This document shows positions 1 to 9,572 of a stretch of 64,000 nt of DNA, in pieces. Below the pieces are notes generated by a model. It was not told where the DNA came from. It saw nothing but the letters and a program-made list of their open reading frames with translations, and did no database searches. The stretch's first letter is position 1. Each line of letters opens with the position of its first letter. This DNA is from Dehalococcoidia bacterium (GTDB lineage Bacteria > Chloroflexota > Dehalococcoidia > Lucifugimonadales > UBA1123), in contig OZ247432.1 of NCBI GenBank assembly GCA_965232905.1, forward strand, positions 95,668 to 159,667, written 5' to 3'. The translations under genes and the position numbers were made by a program.

Positions 1-1032
1 CATCGGGGAGATGTGCATCTCTTCGACCATGACCTGGGGGATGTACGCGAAGTCGTCAAAGTTGGCGTTCGTCATCCCGGAGTCCATTCCGGTCACGAAC
101 TTCACGCCACGGTCCCACATGTCTCTCAGAATCTCGAATCGCCGTGCAGGGTCACCCATGCCCTGTCCACCGCCAGCCCTGACACGGCCACGCAACGCAT
201 TCAGCCGTCCAAGCGCGAGTGTAGGATCGACGTAGATGCCCTTCTCCGCGATCATGTCGGCGTAGTCGGTATCGTAGTCGTACATATCCTCTTCGTTTTC
301 GGCGAGCCACGAGCAGTGGATCAGGTTGTGGATTCCCGCATCCACGCAGTTCCTGACTCCGGCTGAGGCGTGGCAGTGAGCGGCAACTCGGAGACCAAGT
401 CGTTCGGCGTCAGTGACTGCAGCCTTCAGGGTCTCGACCGGGTACTGTGGCGCCCGGACGTTTGTGCCCGGCGTAAACCCGCCGCCGGTGGACATGACCT
501 TGATGCAGTCCGCGCCGAGCTTGAACTGATTGCGAATCGCGGTGACAACCTCATCGGCGGTGTCGGCTTCTGTGCCGAACATGTTGCAGTGACCGCCTGT
601 AGTCGTTATCGGAGTGCCGGCGGCGAGCAGCCTGGGCCCGGGTATGATGCCATTCTCAATGGCAGACTTGATTGGGAGGATAACCTGGTTCCTACTTCCC
701 AGGTCGCGCATCGTTGTTACGCCGGAACTGAGGGCAGCTCGAACTGCCCTGGTCCCGCGCATGATAAAGGTCTCGTTACTCTCGGTGGTGATGTGCGTGT
801 AGGCGTCGGCCTGGGCGCTACAGTGGATGTGGGAGTGCATCTCGATGAAGCCGGGCATCAGCGTGCCGCCGGCAACGTCGATTACGTCGACATCTTCGCG
901 CTCGCCAATCTGGAGCTTGTCCTGAGTGGTCACCTCCGAGATTCGTCCGTCCTTTACGACTACGGCCGCGTTCTCAACAGGATCGTTGCCTGTGCCGTCG
1001 ATCAGGCGGTCGGCCTTCAACACTAGCTTCAT
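1..1032 (-). CDS. amidohydrolase-superfamily metallohydrolase (imidazolonepropionase/prolidase-like); C-terminus lies outside the window
   Basis: Absent from the ORF track because it has no in-window stop. My reverse-strand translation from ATG 1032..1030 reads MKLVLKADRLIDGTGNDPVENAAVVVKDGRISEV...GGTLMPGFIEMHSHIH...VAAHCH and stays open to nt 1. The HxH motif and later His residues are typical of the family. Plus-strand ORFs 13..366, 370..1026 and 926..1654 are shadows. Confidence 0.8.
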   Translation of the reverse strand, partial: MKLVLKADRLIDGTGNDPVENAAVVVKDGRISEVTTQDKLQIGEREDVDVIDVAGGTLMPGFIEMHSHIHCSAQADAYTHITTESNETFIMRGTRAVRAALSSGVTTMRDLGSRNQVILPIKSAIENGIIPGPRLLAAGTPITTTGGHCNMFGTEADTADEVVTAIRNQFKLGADCIKVMSTGGGFTPGTNVRAPQYPVETLKAAVTDAERLGLRVAAHCHASAGVRNCVDAGIHNLIHCSWLAENEEDMYDYDTDYADMIAEKGIYVDPTLALGRLNALRGRVRAGGGQGMGDPARRFEILRDMWDRGVKFVTGMDSGMTNANFDDFAYIPQVMVEEMHISPM

Positions 1033-1099
1033 CTTGCTTCGCCCTCCACCGGTGGCGCGGGTCTTATCCGCGGGCCTTGTTCGAACTCTTACTTTGGGC

Positions 1100-1576
1100 T
1101 TACGAGGCGGGAATTGCCGACCTTGCGATCTCCAGCAACTCTTCTTCGGAGTCGTCCAGGTCCACGGGGTCGCCGTGAGGCTGCGGGACCGGGAAGCCAG
1201 TCTTGTAGTAGACCTCGATGGTGTTTCCCTCGGGGTCGGACGCATACATCCCGAACGCGTTGCCGTGGCTCACGGTACGCTGAATCTTCACTCCCTCGCT
1301 CTTGAAGACGGTGTGGAACTCCTTGAGTTCGGCGAGAGTGTCAACCTTGAACGAAAGCTGCTGGATGACCTGAGCGTCCGCACCTCCAGTGCGCCCCTGC
1401 ATGATCACGAACTCGTGATGCTCCTCGTCGGGATGGGCGCTGAGGAAGACCATGCCTCGGCCTTCGATGTCCTCGTCTGCTATCTCAAGTCCCATTACGC
1501 GAGAGTAGAAGTCGCGCTGCTTCATCAAGTCGTGAACGAAGATTCCTACGTGTCCGAGTCCGCTGACTTTTGGCAT
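1100..1576 (-). CDS. VOC-family protein (glyoxalase / extradiol dioxygenase fold)
   Basis: 158 aa. LGHVGIFVHDLMKQRDFYSRVMGL and the later HGNAFGMYASDPEGNTIEVY are typical paired beta-alpha-beta-beta-beta VOC modules. Confidence 0.75.
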   Translation of the reverse strand: MPKVSGLGHVGIFVHDLMKQRDFYSRVMGLEIADEDIEGRGMVFLSAHPDEEHHEFVIMQGRTGGADAQVIQQLSFKVDTLAELKEFHTVFKSEGVKIQRTVSHGNAFGMYASDPEGNTIEVYYKTGFPVPQPHGDPVDLDDSEEELLEIARSAIPAS

Positions 1577-1662
1577 GACGTACTCTCCTTTGTATCGTGT
1601 TTGAGGCGTCTAAAGGCGCCGATTCTCAGGTTGTTGGAGTCTATATTAGCTTGAATCCATTA

Positions 1663-2340
1663 TCAAGCTGAGCAGTCCCGACGGTCCGATGCCATGGCGG
1701 CCAGGTCCGGGAAGGGAGTTGTTGCCAGGCTGTCCAGGATGACATCGGCCTTACTCAGGTTGTGGAACTTCGTGACGGGGTTTGGAACGGCGACGGTGAA
1801 GAGGCCTGCTGACGTCGCGGCTGCTACGCCGCTGGCGGAGTCTTCGATCGCGATGGCGTGATCGGGTTCGGTCTTCAGGTCGTGCAGCGCAGCCAGGTAG
1901 ATCTCTGGGTTGGGCTTGACGTTGACCACGTCGTCCCTTGTCTTGAGCACGTCGAATTTCTCGTACAGCCCAAGCTCCCTGAGGTTCGAGCTCACCCAGC
2001 CGATGTCCGAGTTCGAGGCGAGCCCAATCCGGAATCCACTGGCTCGCGCCTCTGACAGATAGTCCTGCACTCCGGGCAGAATCGTGTTACCGGCAACGTG
2101 CTCCCGGTACATCGCTCTGCGTTCTTCCATGAGGCTCTGCCTGTCGAACAAGAGGCCCGTCTGCTTCTCCAGGTCCAGGTGAAAGTCGAAGTAGTCCGCG
2201 CCGCCAATGTAGGTGGCGAACATCTCCAGGTCCAGGTGTACGCCGTGCCTGGAGTACATCTCCTCCCATGAGGAGTACAGGGGCGTCTCGGTATCCAGCA
2301 CGACGCCGTCGAAGTCGAATACTATCGCCAGGTTAGGCAT
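1663..2340 (-). CDS. HAD-superfamily hydrolase, subfamily IA (beta-phosphoglucomutase/phosphatase-like)
   Basis: Has the N-terminal DxD nucleophile motif IVFDFDGVVLDTE, then LASNS and a C-terminal IEDSASGVAAA motif. Confidence 0.85.
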   Translation of the reverse strand: MPNLAIVFDFDGVVLDTETPLYSSWEEMYSRHGVHLDLEMFATYIGGADYFDFHLDLEKQTGLLFDRQSLMEERRAMYREHVAGNTILPGVQDYLSEARASGFRIGLASNSDIGWVSSNLRELGLYEKFDVLKTRDDVVNVKPNPEIYLAALHDLKTEPDHAIAIEDSASGVAAATSAGLFTVAVPNPVTKFHNLSKADVILDSLATTPFPDLAAMASDRRDCSA

Positions 2341-2379
2341 CGGTCTCGCTTTCCGTCGTCTATAATCAGTCGGTCTGCC

Positions 2380-3297
2380 ATGTCCAGAATAGCGAAAATA
2401 ATGCTCTGTGCGCTCGCCCTGGTGGTCGTTGTCTCGTGCGGTGAGGCCGCGCCTGAGCCAACGCCAACAGAGACGCCTGAACCAACGGCTACCCCTACAC
2501 CGTCTCCGACAATCACGCCCACTCCGATGCCTACGGCTACGCCGACCCCATCTCCTACGGCGACTCCCACACCGCAGCCGACGGCGACGCCGCCTGTCCC
2601 GACTGCGACTCCTGATACGGACTCCAGGGACGTCGGGGAGGACTCTGAAGCTGGAGAGAGCGGTCCTGGGGCGGAGCAGGTCCTCGCTAACTCAGCGGAG
2701 GCGATGTCCCAGGTCGAGTCGTTCGCTTTCGAGGTAACCGGACACCTGCTGGTGGACTCCACGGACAGCGAAATCCAGATTCCCATCACGTACAGCGGGT
2801 TCTCTGCTGCCCCGGACAGCAGCGAGGCCAGCCTCGTACTCAACGTGTTCTTCTTCTCGCTACAGATCGACCTCATTATCATTGGTGACAGGGTCTGGAC
2901 GACCAATCCTCAGACCGAAGTGTGGGAGGAGGCTCCGCCGGGAACTATCGCTCTGCCCAATCCTGCACTGCTCATGGGCGGCGACACTACGGCGCTGTTA
3001 GATCCTGCCATAGAGGGAACTGAATTACTGGATGATGTTGAGACACTTCACCTAACGGGCACTCCGCAGATCGAGGCGCTGAGCGGCCTGGGTGATGAGA
3101 TTGAGTCAGCAGACGTTTGGATAGGCGCTGAGGACTGGCTGGTGTACAGGATCAACGCGCGCGGCGAAATTGACCTCGACGCGCTTGGTCTGCCTCTTGC
3201 GAGCGCAGGAATTACAGGAACGGCCGATCTGGTGCTGGAGATTCGCCTCTCAGACTTCGGTACTCCTGTCGAAATAGACCCGCCCGATACGAACTAG
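2380..3297 (+). CDS. secreted lipoprotein with Pro/Thr-rich tether and LolA/LppX-LprAFG-like globular domain
   Basis: Signal peptide with lipobox (ALVVVVSCGE). About 58 aa of TPxPT low complexity follow, then a roughly 220-aa domain. The fold assignment is tentative. Confidence 0.6.
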   Translation: MSRIAKIMLCALALVVVVSCGEAAPEPTPTETPEPTATPTPSPTITPTPMPTATPTPSPTATPTPQPTATPPVPTATPDTDSRDVGEDSEAGESGPGAEQVLANSAEAMSQVESFAFEVTGHLLVDSTDSEIQIPITYSGFSAAPDSSEASLVLNVFFFSLQIDLIIIGDRVWTTNPQTEVWEEAPPGTIALPNPALLMGGDTTALLDPAIEGTELLDDVETLHLTGTPQIEALSGLGDEIESADVWIGAEDWLVYRINARGEIDLDALGLPLASAGITGTADLVLEIRLSDFGTPVEIDPPDTN

Positions 3298-3714
3298 CTA
3301 GAGGTTCTCCGCTCGCTCTGCGGCGAGCTGTCTGACCTGCTCTACGATCTCCGAGGTCGTAGCTCCGGGGCCGTACACGGCCCGGACGCCCATCGCCTCT
3401 AGCTCGACCCTGTCGGACTCTGGGATGATGCCGCCAGCGACGACAGCGACATCGTCCATCTCGTTGAGCTTCAGGCCCTCGAAAATCTGCGGGAACAGGT
3501 CGAGGTGTGCCCCGGACAGGATGCTCAGGCCTATGACGTCGACGTCCTCCTCGAGAGCGGCCTCGACTATCATCATCGGCGTCTGTCTGATGCCGGTGTA
3601 GATGACCTCCATACCGGCGTCACGTAGCGCGCGAGCGATGATCTTGGCCCCTCTGTCGTGGCCGTCGAGTCCGGGTTTCGCGACCAGCACTCGTACGGGG
3701 TATTGATTCGACAC
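3298..3714 (-). CDS. methylmalonyl-CoA mutase, separate cobalamin-binding chain
   Basis: 138 aa. [33 protein letters not shown] contains the DxHxxG B12-binding motif. Confidence 0.9.
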   Translation of the reverse strand: MSNQYPVRVLVAKPGLDGHDRGAKIIARALRDAGMEVIYTGIRQTPMMIVEAALEEDVDVIGLSILSGAHLDLFPQIFEGLKLNEMDDVAVVAGGIIPESDRVELEAMGVRAVYGPGATTSEIVEQVRQLAAERAENL

Positions 3715-3719
3715 GTCAG

Positions 3720-4148
3720 CTACCTCCGTGCGGTGTCCTGGTCCACCAGCTCGATTAGCACGCCCCTCGTCGAGCGCGGATGGATGAACCCGATCATGCC
3801 GGACAGTCCATCGCGCGGCGCGTTGTCTATGGTCCGGACGCCGTGTTCGTTTAACGCATCGAGGCTGGCCTGGAGGTCATCGACCTCGAAGGCGATGTGG
3901 TGGACTCCCTCACCCCTTCGCTCTATGAACTTCGCAACGCCACCTTCCGGGTCGGTCGGCTGGATGAGTTCAAGCTGCGATCCACCAATGCGTACAAGGG
4001 CGGCCCTCACTGCCTGGTCTTCTATGTCTTCGACCTCGGACTCGCCGGTGCCGAACACGTCACGGTAGAACGCGAGCGTCTCATCGATATCGCTCACGGC
4101 GATGGCGACATGGTTTATGTGTCGGGCAGTGCAGGGGGAATCAGCCAA
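3720..4148 (-). CDS. mce: methylmalonyl-CoA epimerase
   Basis: 142 aa VOC fold. [23 protein letters not shown] ... [12 protein letters not shown] ... [15 protein letters not shown]. Lies 6 nt upstream of the B12-binding chain. Confidence 0.85.
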   Translation of the reverse strand: MADSPCTARHINHVAIAVSDIDETLAFYRDVFGTGESEVEDIEDQAVRAALVRIGGSQLELIQPTDPEGGVAKFIERRGEGVHHIAFEVDDLQASLDALNEHGVRTIDNAPRDGLSGMIGFIHPRSTRGVLIELVDQDTARR

Positions 4149-4159
4149 TCTGGTTCTCC

Positions 4160-5314
4160 TTAGTCTCTCAGCAGGTTGCGGGCGATGATGAGGCGCTGGA
4201 TCTCAGACGTGCCCTCGTAGATCTCCTGGACCTTGGCATCGCGATAGTAGCGTTCGACGTTCGTTGGCGCGAAGTAGCCAACCCCGCCGTGCATCTGCAC
4301 AGCCTTGTCGGCGCACTCGACGGCGACGCGCGAGCAGTATAGCTTCGCCATGGATGCCTCGGTGACGAACGGCAGGCCCTCGTCCTTGAGCGTAGCTGCC
4401 TTCATAGTGAGCAGCCGGGCTGCCTCGATGCTGGTGGCCATATCGACCAGGTACCACTGCATCCCCTGGAACTCGGAGAGCTTCTGTCCGAAGGCCTCGC
4501 GCTCCTTGATGTAGGCGAGGGCTGCATCATAAGACGCCTGGGCGATACCGACGCACTGTGCTGCAATGGCCATCCGGCTGGCATTGAGCACCTCCATCGT
4601 CATTCGGAAGCCATCGCCCTCGTCGCCCATGCGGTTCTCGTCGGGCACCGGGCAGTCCTCGAAGACGACCTCGGCCGCAGACGACGCCCTGATCCCCATC
4701 TTGCCGTGAAGCGGGTTGATGGTGATGCCCGGAGTGTCGCACTCGAGGATGAACGAGTTGATGCCTCGGGAGCCGAGGCTGCGGTCTTTGGAGGCCATCA
4801 CGACCATCGTGTTAGCCTCGGGCGCGTTGGTGATGAAGGTCTTGGCGCCGTTGAGGACGTACCCACCGTTGGACCTTGTGCCCATGGTGGTCATCGCGGC
4901 GGCATCGGAGCCCGCACCCGGTTCAGTAAGCGCGAAAGCACCGATCCTCTCTCCGGCCACGAGCGGCGGAATGAACTCGCGTTTTTGTCCCTCAGTGCCG
5001 AACATGTTGATGTACTGGGTGCATAGCGACAGGTGCGCTCCAAGCACAGTCGCTGTCGCCGCGCATCCCCGAGAGATCTCTTCGACCGCGATCACGAGCT
5101 GGCGTGTGGTGCCCCCGCTGCCCCCGCTGCCCCCGTACTCCTCGCCGATGCCGAGGCCCAGCAGTCCGAGCTCGGCCAGCCCCTTCATGTTCTCCCAAGG
5201 GAACTCTGCGGTCTCGTCGTATCCGGCGGCTCGTGGAGCGAGCTCAGCATCGGCGAACTCACGCACGAGGTTCCGCAGCATCATCTCTTCTTCGTTGAGT
5301 AGCAGTTCGGTCAT
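4160..5314 (-). CDS. acyl-CoA dehydrogenase (short/branched-chain type)
   Basis: 384 aa. GAFALTEPGAGSDAAAM, the FITNA motif, and a C-terminal YEGTSEIQRLIIAR with the catalytic Glu context. Confidence 0.9.
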   Translation of the reverse strand: MTELLLNEEEMMLRNLVREFADAELAPRAAGYDETAEFPWENMKGLAELGLLGLGIGEEYGGSGGSGGTTRQLVIAVEEISRGCAATATVLGAHLSLCTQYINMFGTEGQKREFIPPLVAGERIGAFALTEPGAGSDAAAMTTMGTRSNGGYVLNGAKTFITNAPEANTMVVMASKDRSLGSRGINSFILECDTPGITINPLHGKMGIRASSAAEVVFEDCPVPDENRMGDEGDGFRMTMEVLNASRMAIAAQCVGIAQASYDAALAYIKEREAFGQKLSEFQGMQWYLVDMATSIEAARLLTMKAATLKDEGLPFVTEASMAKLYCSRVAVECADKAVQMHGGVGYFAPTNVERYYRDAKVQEIYEGTSEIQRLIIARNLLRD

Positions 5315-5428
5315 CGTCTAGGCTCCGGAGTGAGTCTTCTTGAACAGAGTCGTGTCGATTCCACTCGTGCCAACTATATCAAACGTGGGTACTGTGAATG
5401 CCAGATACGCGGGCAGTCCCAGCGACTC

Positions 5429-5770
5429 TTAGGAAGGTTGGGGACCGTGCTTGTTCTCGCCTTGGTTGCCTGGAAGCACCATGAGAATCAACACGATGAT
5501 CCATCCGACGAACGGTATGAGTATTACGAGTTGCAACCATCCGCTCTTATTGTGGTCGTGCAGTCTGCGCGCACCAACAGCCAGGTGAGGGACGATCGTT
5601 GCCAGTCCGTACAGGACCGCAACTATTGTGAACATGTCTGCGACAGCTGTAGCCAGCACCGCAATTACGAATGAGATAACGAAATGAAAGAGCAACCAAA
5701 GCCAGAACTCTCTTCTGGATGCCCGTCCTTCGAATACTGCGTATTTCTGTAGAACTTCTATATATGGCAA
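5429..5770 (-). CDS. DUF805-family small inner-membrane protein
   Basis: 113 aa. GRASRREFWLWLLF and ARRLHDHNKSGW are signature stretches. Three predicted TM helices. Confidence 0.7.
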   Translation of the reverse strand: MPYIEVLQKYAVFEGRASRREFWLWLLFHFVISFVIAVLATAVADMFTIVAVLYGLATIVPHLAVGARRLHDHNKSGWLQLVILIPFVGWIIVLILMVLPGNQGENKHGPQPS

Positions 5771-5809
5771 CGCGTGTACTCCTATAGGGTGACTGATTCT
5801 GCTCTCCGG

Positions 5810-7465
5810 CTAGAACGGTGCGAACTCGTGCTGTTCGCCGAAGACCGTCCTGAAGACGTCCGAGATCTCGCCTAGTGTAGCGTACGCCTCCACGGCCTCA
5901 ATGATCGCAGGCATGACGTTTTCGGAGCCACGAGCCACATCCTCGATGCGTGCGAGCGCCGCGCTGACCTCCGAGTCGTCTCGATCCCGTCTCACCTGGG
6001 CTAGCCTGTCCAGTTGGTTCTGTGTTTCCAGCCGGCCAATCGTCTGCAGGCGCTCGATCGGGGGGGTAGGAGCCTGGAACCTGTTGACGCCCACGACAAC
6101 CCGCTCCTCGGACTCGACCATCTGCTGGTGTTTGAATGCGCTCTCGTGGATCTCCTGTATCTGGTAGCCCCTGTCGAGCGCCGAAAGCGCGCCGCCAAGG
6201 TCATCTATCTGCTGGATGTACTCGAACGCCTTCTCCTCGACCTCGTCGGTCAGGCTCTCCACGTAGTAGGAACCCGCAAGCGGATCGACCGTGTTGGCGA
6301 CACCCATCTCGTAGGCGAGTATCTGCTGGGTGCGAAGCGAGAGCTGCACCGACTCCTCGGTCGGGAGAGCAAGAGCCTCGTCCTTGGAGTTGACGTGCAG
6401 TGACTGCGTTCCGCCGAGAATGGCCGCGAGGGCCTGGATCGTCGTGCGGATTGTGTTGTTGTCCGGCTGCTGGGCTGTCAGGGTGACGCCTGCAGTCTGT
6501 GTGTGGAAACGGCACGTCCATGACCGGGGGTTCTCCGCTCCGAAACGCTCGCGCATGATCTTGGCCCACATCCGGCGGGCCGCTCTGAACTTGGCGATCT
6601 CCTCGAACAGGTGGCTCTGCGCGACGAAGAAGAAGCTCAAGCGAGGAGCGAACCTGTCGACGTCGAGTCCAGCGTCCACGGCTGCCTGCACGTAGGCGAT
6701 CGCGTTGGAGAATGTGAATGCCAACTCCTGAGCAGCCGTCGCACCGGCCTCGGCCATGTGGTAGCCGCTGATGCTGATGGTGTTCCATCGCGGCACGTAT
6801 TCCGAGCAGTACTCGAACGTGTCCGTTACCAGGCGCATGGAGGGCTTCGGCGGGTAGATGTACGTTCCCCGCGCGATGTATTCCTTGAGAATGTCGTTCT
6901 GTATCGTGCCGTTGAGACCGGTGGGATCGACACCCTCCTTCTTGGCGACCGCGATGTACAGGGCGAGCAGTATCGGAGCCGTCGCGTTGATCGTCATCGA
7001 CGTGCTTACGCGGTCGAGTGGAATACCGTCGAACAGCGTTTCCATGTCGCCCAGGCTGCTGATCGGAACACCGGTGCGTCCGATCTCACCCTGCGCCATG
7101 GGGTGGTCCGAGTCGTAACCCGTCTGCGTGGGCAGGTCGAATGCAACGCTGAGCCCTGTCTGCCCGTGTTCGATCAGGTAGTGGTATCGCCGGTTGGACT
7201 CTTCCGGAGAGGCCAGCCCCGCGTACTGACGCATCGTCCAGAGACGTCCACGGTACATGGTCGGCTGAACGCCACGCGTGTAGGGATACTCTCCGGGGTA
7301 ACCGAGACCGTCGGAGTAGTCGGCTCCATCTCGGTCCTCCGGCGTGTAGAGAACGTCCTCACTAATGCCTGAGGCCGTCTCGAATGAGTCCTGTCGCTCT
7401 CCAAAGCGCTTGAGGACAGGGTCGAGAGTGGACTCTGTCCACTCCTGCTTGTTCTCGCTGGGCAT
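5810..7465 (-). CDS. methylmalonyl-CoA mutase, catalytic (N-terminal TIM-barrel) chain
   Basis: 551 aa. [45 protein letters not shown] and [18 protein letters not shown] are classic MCM large-chain blocks. There is no B12 domain at the C-terminus. Confidence 0.92.
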   Translation of the reverse strand: MPSENKQEWTESTLDPVLKRFGERQDSFETASGISEDVLYTPEDRDGADYSDGLGYPGEYPYTRGVQPTMYRGRLWTMRQYAGLASPEESNRRYHYLIEHGQTGLSVAFDLPTQTGYDSDHPMAQGEIGRTGVPISSLGDMETLFDGIPLDRVSTSMTINATAPILLALYIAVAKKEGVDPTGLNGTIQNDILKEYIARGTYIYPPKPSMRLVTDTFEYCSEYVPRWNTISISGYHMAEAGATAAQELAFTFSNAIAYVQAAVDAGLDVDRFAPRLSFFFVAQSHLFEEIAKFRAARRMWAKIMRERFGAENPRSWTCRFHTQTAGVTLTAQQPDNNTIRTTIQALAAILGGTQSLHVNSKDEALALPTEESVQLSLRTQQILAYEMGVANTVDPLAGSYYVESLTDEVEEKAFEYIQQIDDLGGALSALDRGYQIQEIHESAFKHQQMVESEERVVVGVNRFQAPTPPIERLQTIGRLETQNQLDRLAQVRRDRDDSEVSAALARIEDVARGSENVMPAIIEAVEAYATLGEISDVFRTVFGEQHEFAPF

Positions 7466-7575
7466 GGTTGCCCTCCAATCAACTCCTGACAGGGTCTGAT
7501 AACATGTCTGAGACGGTCACATTCTAGCACTCTCCACCTACAGCCTCGACGAGCAGAGACACCCCGAGACTCTCG

Positions 7576-8613
7576 ATGACGCAGAGCGAACGAATCATAT
7601 CCGGCAGCGCCCAGGACGACGATCATAGCCTAGACAGCAGCCTGCGTCCGCGCAGACTGCGTGACTACGTCGGCCAGGAGCTGCTGAAGTCGAACCTCGA
7701 CATCTCGATCAAGGCTGCACTGCAACGTAGCGAGCCCCTCGACCACTGCCTGCTGTACGGCCCTCCCGGCCTGGGCAAGACGACACTGGCTAACATTCTC
7801 GGCGTGGAGATGGGCGTGAGGGTCAGGACGACGTCCGGGCCGGCCATCGAGCGTCCGGGCGACATGGTCGCCATCCTCACGCAGCTCCAGGAGAATGACA
7901 TTCTCTTCGTGGACGAGGTCCACCGGCTGAGCCGCGTCGTCGAGGAGGTGCTATACCCTGCGATGGAGGACCGCTTCGTGTCATGGGTGATCGACAAGGG
8001 CCTCAAGGCGCGGTCGATGAACCTGAGCATCAAGCCGTTCACACTGGTCGGGGCTACCACGCGGTTCGGGATGGTCAGCGCTCCCCTGAGAGACAGGTTC
8101 GGACAGGTGCACCGTCTCGACTTCTACGATGGCTCTGCCATGAGGACCATCGTCTCCCGCTCCGCCAGGATCATGGAAATAGAAGCCGAAGAAGACGGGG
8201 TCATCGAGATCGCCCGCCGCTCGCGCGGGACTCCCCGCGTAGCCAACAGGCTGCTTAGGCGTGTGCGAGACTACGCCCAGGTTGTCGCTGACAACATGAT
8301 CACTGCCGACGTAGCCCGCGAGGCGCTCAACAGGCTACAGGTGGACGAAATAGGGCTTGATGACATCGATAGGCGCGTACTTGGATCGATAGTGGAGAAG
8401 TTCGCCGGAGGACCTGTCGGGTTGGGTACGCTCGCAGCATCCATCAGCGAGGACCCGGACACCATCGAGGACGTCTACGAGCCGTACCTGCTCCAGCTAG
8501 GCTTCCTCGAGCGCACCCAACGGGGCCGGGTCGCCACCCGCAACGCTTACGAACACCTCGGGCTTGAGTTTGAGTCAGGGCCAGTGGAGACACCGCAGGG
8601 CAGGTTCTTCTAG
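7576..8613 (+). CDS. ruvB: Holliday junction branch-migration helicase RuvB
   Basis: 345 aa. [12 protein letters not shown], Walker [10 protein letters not shown], Walker [11 protein letters not shown], and [20 protein letters not shown]. Confidence 0.95.
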   Translation: MTQSERIISGSAQDDDHSLDSSLRPRRLRDYVGQELLKSNLDISIKAALQRSEPLDHCLLYGPPGLGKTTLANILGVEMGVRVRTTSGPAIERPGDMVAILTQLQENDILFVDEVHRLSRVVEEVLYPAMEDRFVSWVIDKGLKARSMNLSIKPFTLVGATTRFGMVSAPLRDRFGQVHRLDFYDGSAMRTIVSRSARIMEIEAEEDGVIEIARRSRGTPRVANRLLRRVRDYAQVVADNMITADVAREALNRLQVDEIGLDDIDRRVLGSIVEKFAGGPVGLGTLAASISEDPDTIEDVYEPYLLQLGFLERTQRGRVATRNAYEHLGLEFESGPVETPQGRFF

Positions 8614-8680
8614 CTTTCGATTCGATCGCCAACGAAGCGCCTAGTTAACCCTGTAGCGGCCGACGATTTAGGCTGCCGTC

Positions 8681-9148
8681 CTATACCAGGGAATCGCTGC
8701 GGACATCTCCGTCACGCATGATGTGAAGGAGTTCTACACCGGCCTCGCCAATAGGGGGACCAAGCAGCAGTCTGCGGTGGCAATTGGCGGGGTCACCTTC
8801 GGAGCAGAGGATGACAGTCCGACGGTGGGAAGCCATGTCGATGAGTTCGTCGATGGCATCCTGAAACCCGTCCATCAAACGCATTTTGTCGTAGTCGGGC
8901 TTGCCACTGGAGTCGTATATCGCCTCATCCGCAGACCTGCCTCCAAGCGGGCCACCCATGAACTGGTATCCGACCGCAATCGAATCGAGCAGTCCTGGAA
9001 ACCTACGGCGGTTGGAGAACGGCGCGAACCTGGAGACCGGCTTTGACCTGACATCGACGAGTAGCTCTATCTCATTATCGATGAGCAGTTGAGAAAATGT
9101 GTCCCAGTCGTGGTTACTGTGTCCGATGGAGAAGATGCGGGTAGTCAC
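8681..9148 (-). CDS. DUF488-family protein
   Basis: 155 aa. IFSIGHSNHDWDTF...LVDVRSKPVSRFAPF...CSEGDPANCHRRLL matches the DUF488 pattern. Confidence 0.75.
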   Translation of the reverse strand: MTTRIFSIGHSNHDWDTFSQLLIDNEIELLVDVRSKPVSRFAPFSNRRRFPGLLDSIAVGYQFMGGPLGGRSADEAIYDSSGKPDYDKMRLMDGFQDAIDELIDMASHRRTVILCSEGDPANCHRRLLLGPPIGEAGVELLHIMRDGDVRSDSLV

Positions 9149-9231
9149 GATTAGTTCCCTGATGGCTATGAGTCTCAGGCGATAGTTTATACTTGTCGCT
9201 ATCTCAAGACACTGACTAAAGGAGGATTGAA

Positions 9232-9519
9232 ATGGCCGGATACGTAATCGCTGACGTGGATGTGACTGACCCTGAGCTGTTTGCTGAGTACCGCAAGCTG
9301 GTGTCGGCTACGGTTGAGCAGTATGGCGGGAAGTACCTCGTGCGTGGGGGAGATTCGGTGGTTGCGGAAGGGGACTGGACACCAACCAGGACAGTCGTAA
9401 TCGAGTTCGAGAGCTACGAACGCGCCAAGGAATGGTACTACTCTGACGAATACGCTCCGGCCTTGAAGATGCGGATCGAGGCTGCCAACTCCAGCGTCAT
9501 CATCGTTGACGGAGAGTAA
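9232..9519 (+). CDS. DUF1330-family protein
   Basis: 95 aa. AGYVIADVDVTDPELFAEY...VIEFESYERAKEWYYSDEY. A perfect AAGGAGG Shine-Dalgarno lies 7 nt upstream. Confidence 0.8.
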   Translation: MAGYVIADVDVTDPELFAEYRKLVSATVEQYGGKYLVRGGDSVVAEGDWTPTRTVVIEFESYERAKEWYYSDEYAPALKMRIEAANSSVIIVDGE

Positions 9520-9572
9520 GCGGTGAACTAACTTGGCCCAGGCGTCCCGGACGGGTAGGGAGAGGTGAAGAC

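Noticed and set aside
7466-7575. Looked for a cobalamin riboswitch or other leader upstream of the B12-dependent mutase gene.
   Set aside because: The divergent gap is only 110 bp and must hold two promoters. No B12-box-like element or extended structure was visible.
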